Shown here: piece after piece, positions 62,240-64,000 of the stretch | Layout of the letters: each line of letters opens with the position of its first letter | How positions within the stretch are numbered: the first letter of the stretch is position 1 | NCBI GenBank assembly: GCA_051362555.1 | Contig: CM120644.1 | Coordinates: forward strand, 22,652,534 to 22,716,533 | DNA length: 64,000 nucleotides | Source of the DNA: Lingula anatina | Lineage: Eukaryota > Animalia > Brachiopoda | Reading direction: 5' to 3' | Translations under genes and position numbers: made by a program | The notes under the pieces: model-generated | What the model was told of the DNA's origin: nothing | What the model saw: only the letters and a program-made list of their open reading frames with translations | Databases searched by the model: none

Positions 62240-64000
62240 GTGTATATCCCATGAAGAACTAGCTACAGCTGAATGAAGGATAGGAAGAGAAACTGGCAAC
62301 CATGAATAAAATTAAGGGAGCCAAATAAGGCAGTAAAATGGTGATCCCACCCTGTAATTTTTTTTTTTTTTTTTTTTTTTTGAAACATGAAACACACATA
62401 ATTATAAAAACAATACCGCTATATAACTATCCTGAAAAAGCAAGGGCTTTGGATAATTACTAAGAAACATAAGAATAAGTGACCGGTGTTCCATCAATAA
62501 ACTGAAATAAAGGACCTAACATATGCGTAAAAGTTCGTCGATAATAGAAGAAGGCTTGCACTTGGCAAAGGAGAGGGCGAGATGTACCTGTCGGACTCAA
62601 ACAGCTGAGATAACGAAAAATTCAAAGCAAGAACTATAGGAAACGGTTCTTTAACTGTGATATGCCAAAGTGCAACAACCGCAACCCATTCATAAAGAAT
62701 CACTGACAGCCAAAGACCGCCGCATAACCTATTGACCCCGAGGCATTTGTAAACAAGTGTAAGGTATCTGACGATTGTCATGATGAAGGCAGCAGGACCG
62801 ATATTCCATTAAGTGATGTGAAAAATGAAGCCACATGCCTAGGTCCGCTCTTGCTTCACTATTGAGTCGAATATAATGACGGGGGCGCCTAACACCAACA
62901 GTTAAATGAATTTAGCGGCGTAAGGGCGTAAGAAAGCCCTGCCCGGCACTACGCCTAAGCATGCAAAGTTTAAAAACCATAAGAGATGTAACTCTTTCAA
63001 TTGTACCTATTCGCCTTTGAGAAAGCTAGGAAACTAAAACATAACACTTTTCCAATTTGTCCTGTGGCACACGACCTACTAGCGAATCTATTTCAACGCC
63101 GCAATTAGTTGAACAAGTGGTCGGAATTAAGTTTTTTTTTTTTTTTTTTTTTTTCTTTTTTTTTTAGCCATCAATGGGAACCTTACTCCGTTTGCATAAT
63201 GCAAGAAAATTTTGTAAATTAACTTGACAGTTTTTGGAAATGGGGGTCCAATGAAAGAGAAATCTTCCAGTATATAGGATATGGCCGAGGCATGAATTTT
63301 TTTTTTTTTTTAAACATCCATTTTAGAGCTGTACTCAGTGATTTGGCACGAACGACTTGCACCCATAGGCAGACATGTTTCAAATTAAATAATTCATTCC
63401 AAGAAAAACAAAGAAGATGATAAACCAAAAGGCTAAGAGCTGAAATGCGGAAAACATCTAGAATGTCAGACCTAGCTAAAAGAGCACCAGGGCCGAAATG
63501 TTGGACATGGGCGATAATCGTATAATATATTGAGTTGTACAGAAAATACTGTGGGTATATTAGAATTAACCGAGTCCAGGTGGGGATAAGAAAGGTCGCG
63601 AATATCACGGAATTTATAAGGTTCAGATTTAGTAATAATGTGTAATGGTGAACATTTAAAATATGGAAGAGGGAGATAAAATTGGGCCAGCAATCCGCCC
63701 AGAGGATAAACCTGATTAATATAATCCAAAATCGCTTAAGGATGAGTACGGGCTGATAAATGATTATGAAATGCGTGAATGCTAGGAGTGGTGGTGCAAT
63801 GAAGGCAGGAACCCTTGGAAATATATTGATGAGAAAATCACCTGATGAGGATCCTAACCTTAAGTACCAATTGTAACAGGGAATGGGTAATTGGAGTTGT
63901 TAGACAATGTTGTAGGCGGGGTCTGTAACTGGGCGTGGGATGTGGGACAATCGATTTTAGGATGGGATCCCAGTACTGGCAACAGTGCTAAATTAACATA
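60800..64000 (-). mobile_element. DIRS/Ngaro tyrosine-recombinase retrotransposon (decayed; 5' part outside the window)
   Basis: RT motifs SPLHIITKSEPYKFRDIRDLSYP..SVNSNI, GPGALLARSDI..FRI..YHLL..W and CLPMGAS at ~63200-63730. RNase H-like traces (ITVKEPFPIVLAL, MTIVRYL) at ~62500-62800. Faint recombinase-like traces at ~61500-62450. Confidence 0.8.

Overview
AT-rich eukaryotic DNA, most likely an invertebrate metazoan (the transposon repertoire suggests a mollusc; this is inference). The window is almost entirely a nested transposon graveyard. I found no intact host gene, rRNA, convincing tRNA or CRISPR array. Recognisable elements are: a Tx1/L1-type LINE split by a Harbinger-like element; an AcademX Cys8 remnant; a ~0.9-kb two-type macro-repeat family; Gypsy gag and integrase remnants; and an ankyrin-repeat pseudo-exon. 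Also present are a Tc1 nested in a CCGGTGT-ended TIR element, an Academ-like TIR element with a spliced transposase N-terminus, and a Kolobok with THAP transposase and P2X7-C-like (KolX) remnants hosting a Sola-like element. A 2.73-kb TG..CA insertion splits a CR1/L2 LINE, and a DIRS/Ngaro element runs off the right end. The most notable object is a deleted Polinton/Maverick bounded by long inverted repeats (~16.2-22.6 kb). It keeps decayed ATPase, integrase, major capsid C-terminus and protease genes but shows no polymerase. A non-coding promoter/first-exon-like module recurs in about six diverged copies. All family calls come from motif recognition by eye, and coordinates of decayed coding remnants are approximate. 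I cannot demonstrate a wholly new functional system; the best leads are listed as findings.
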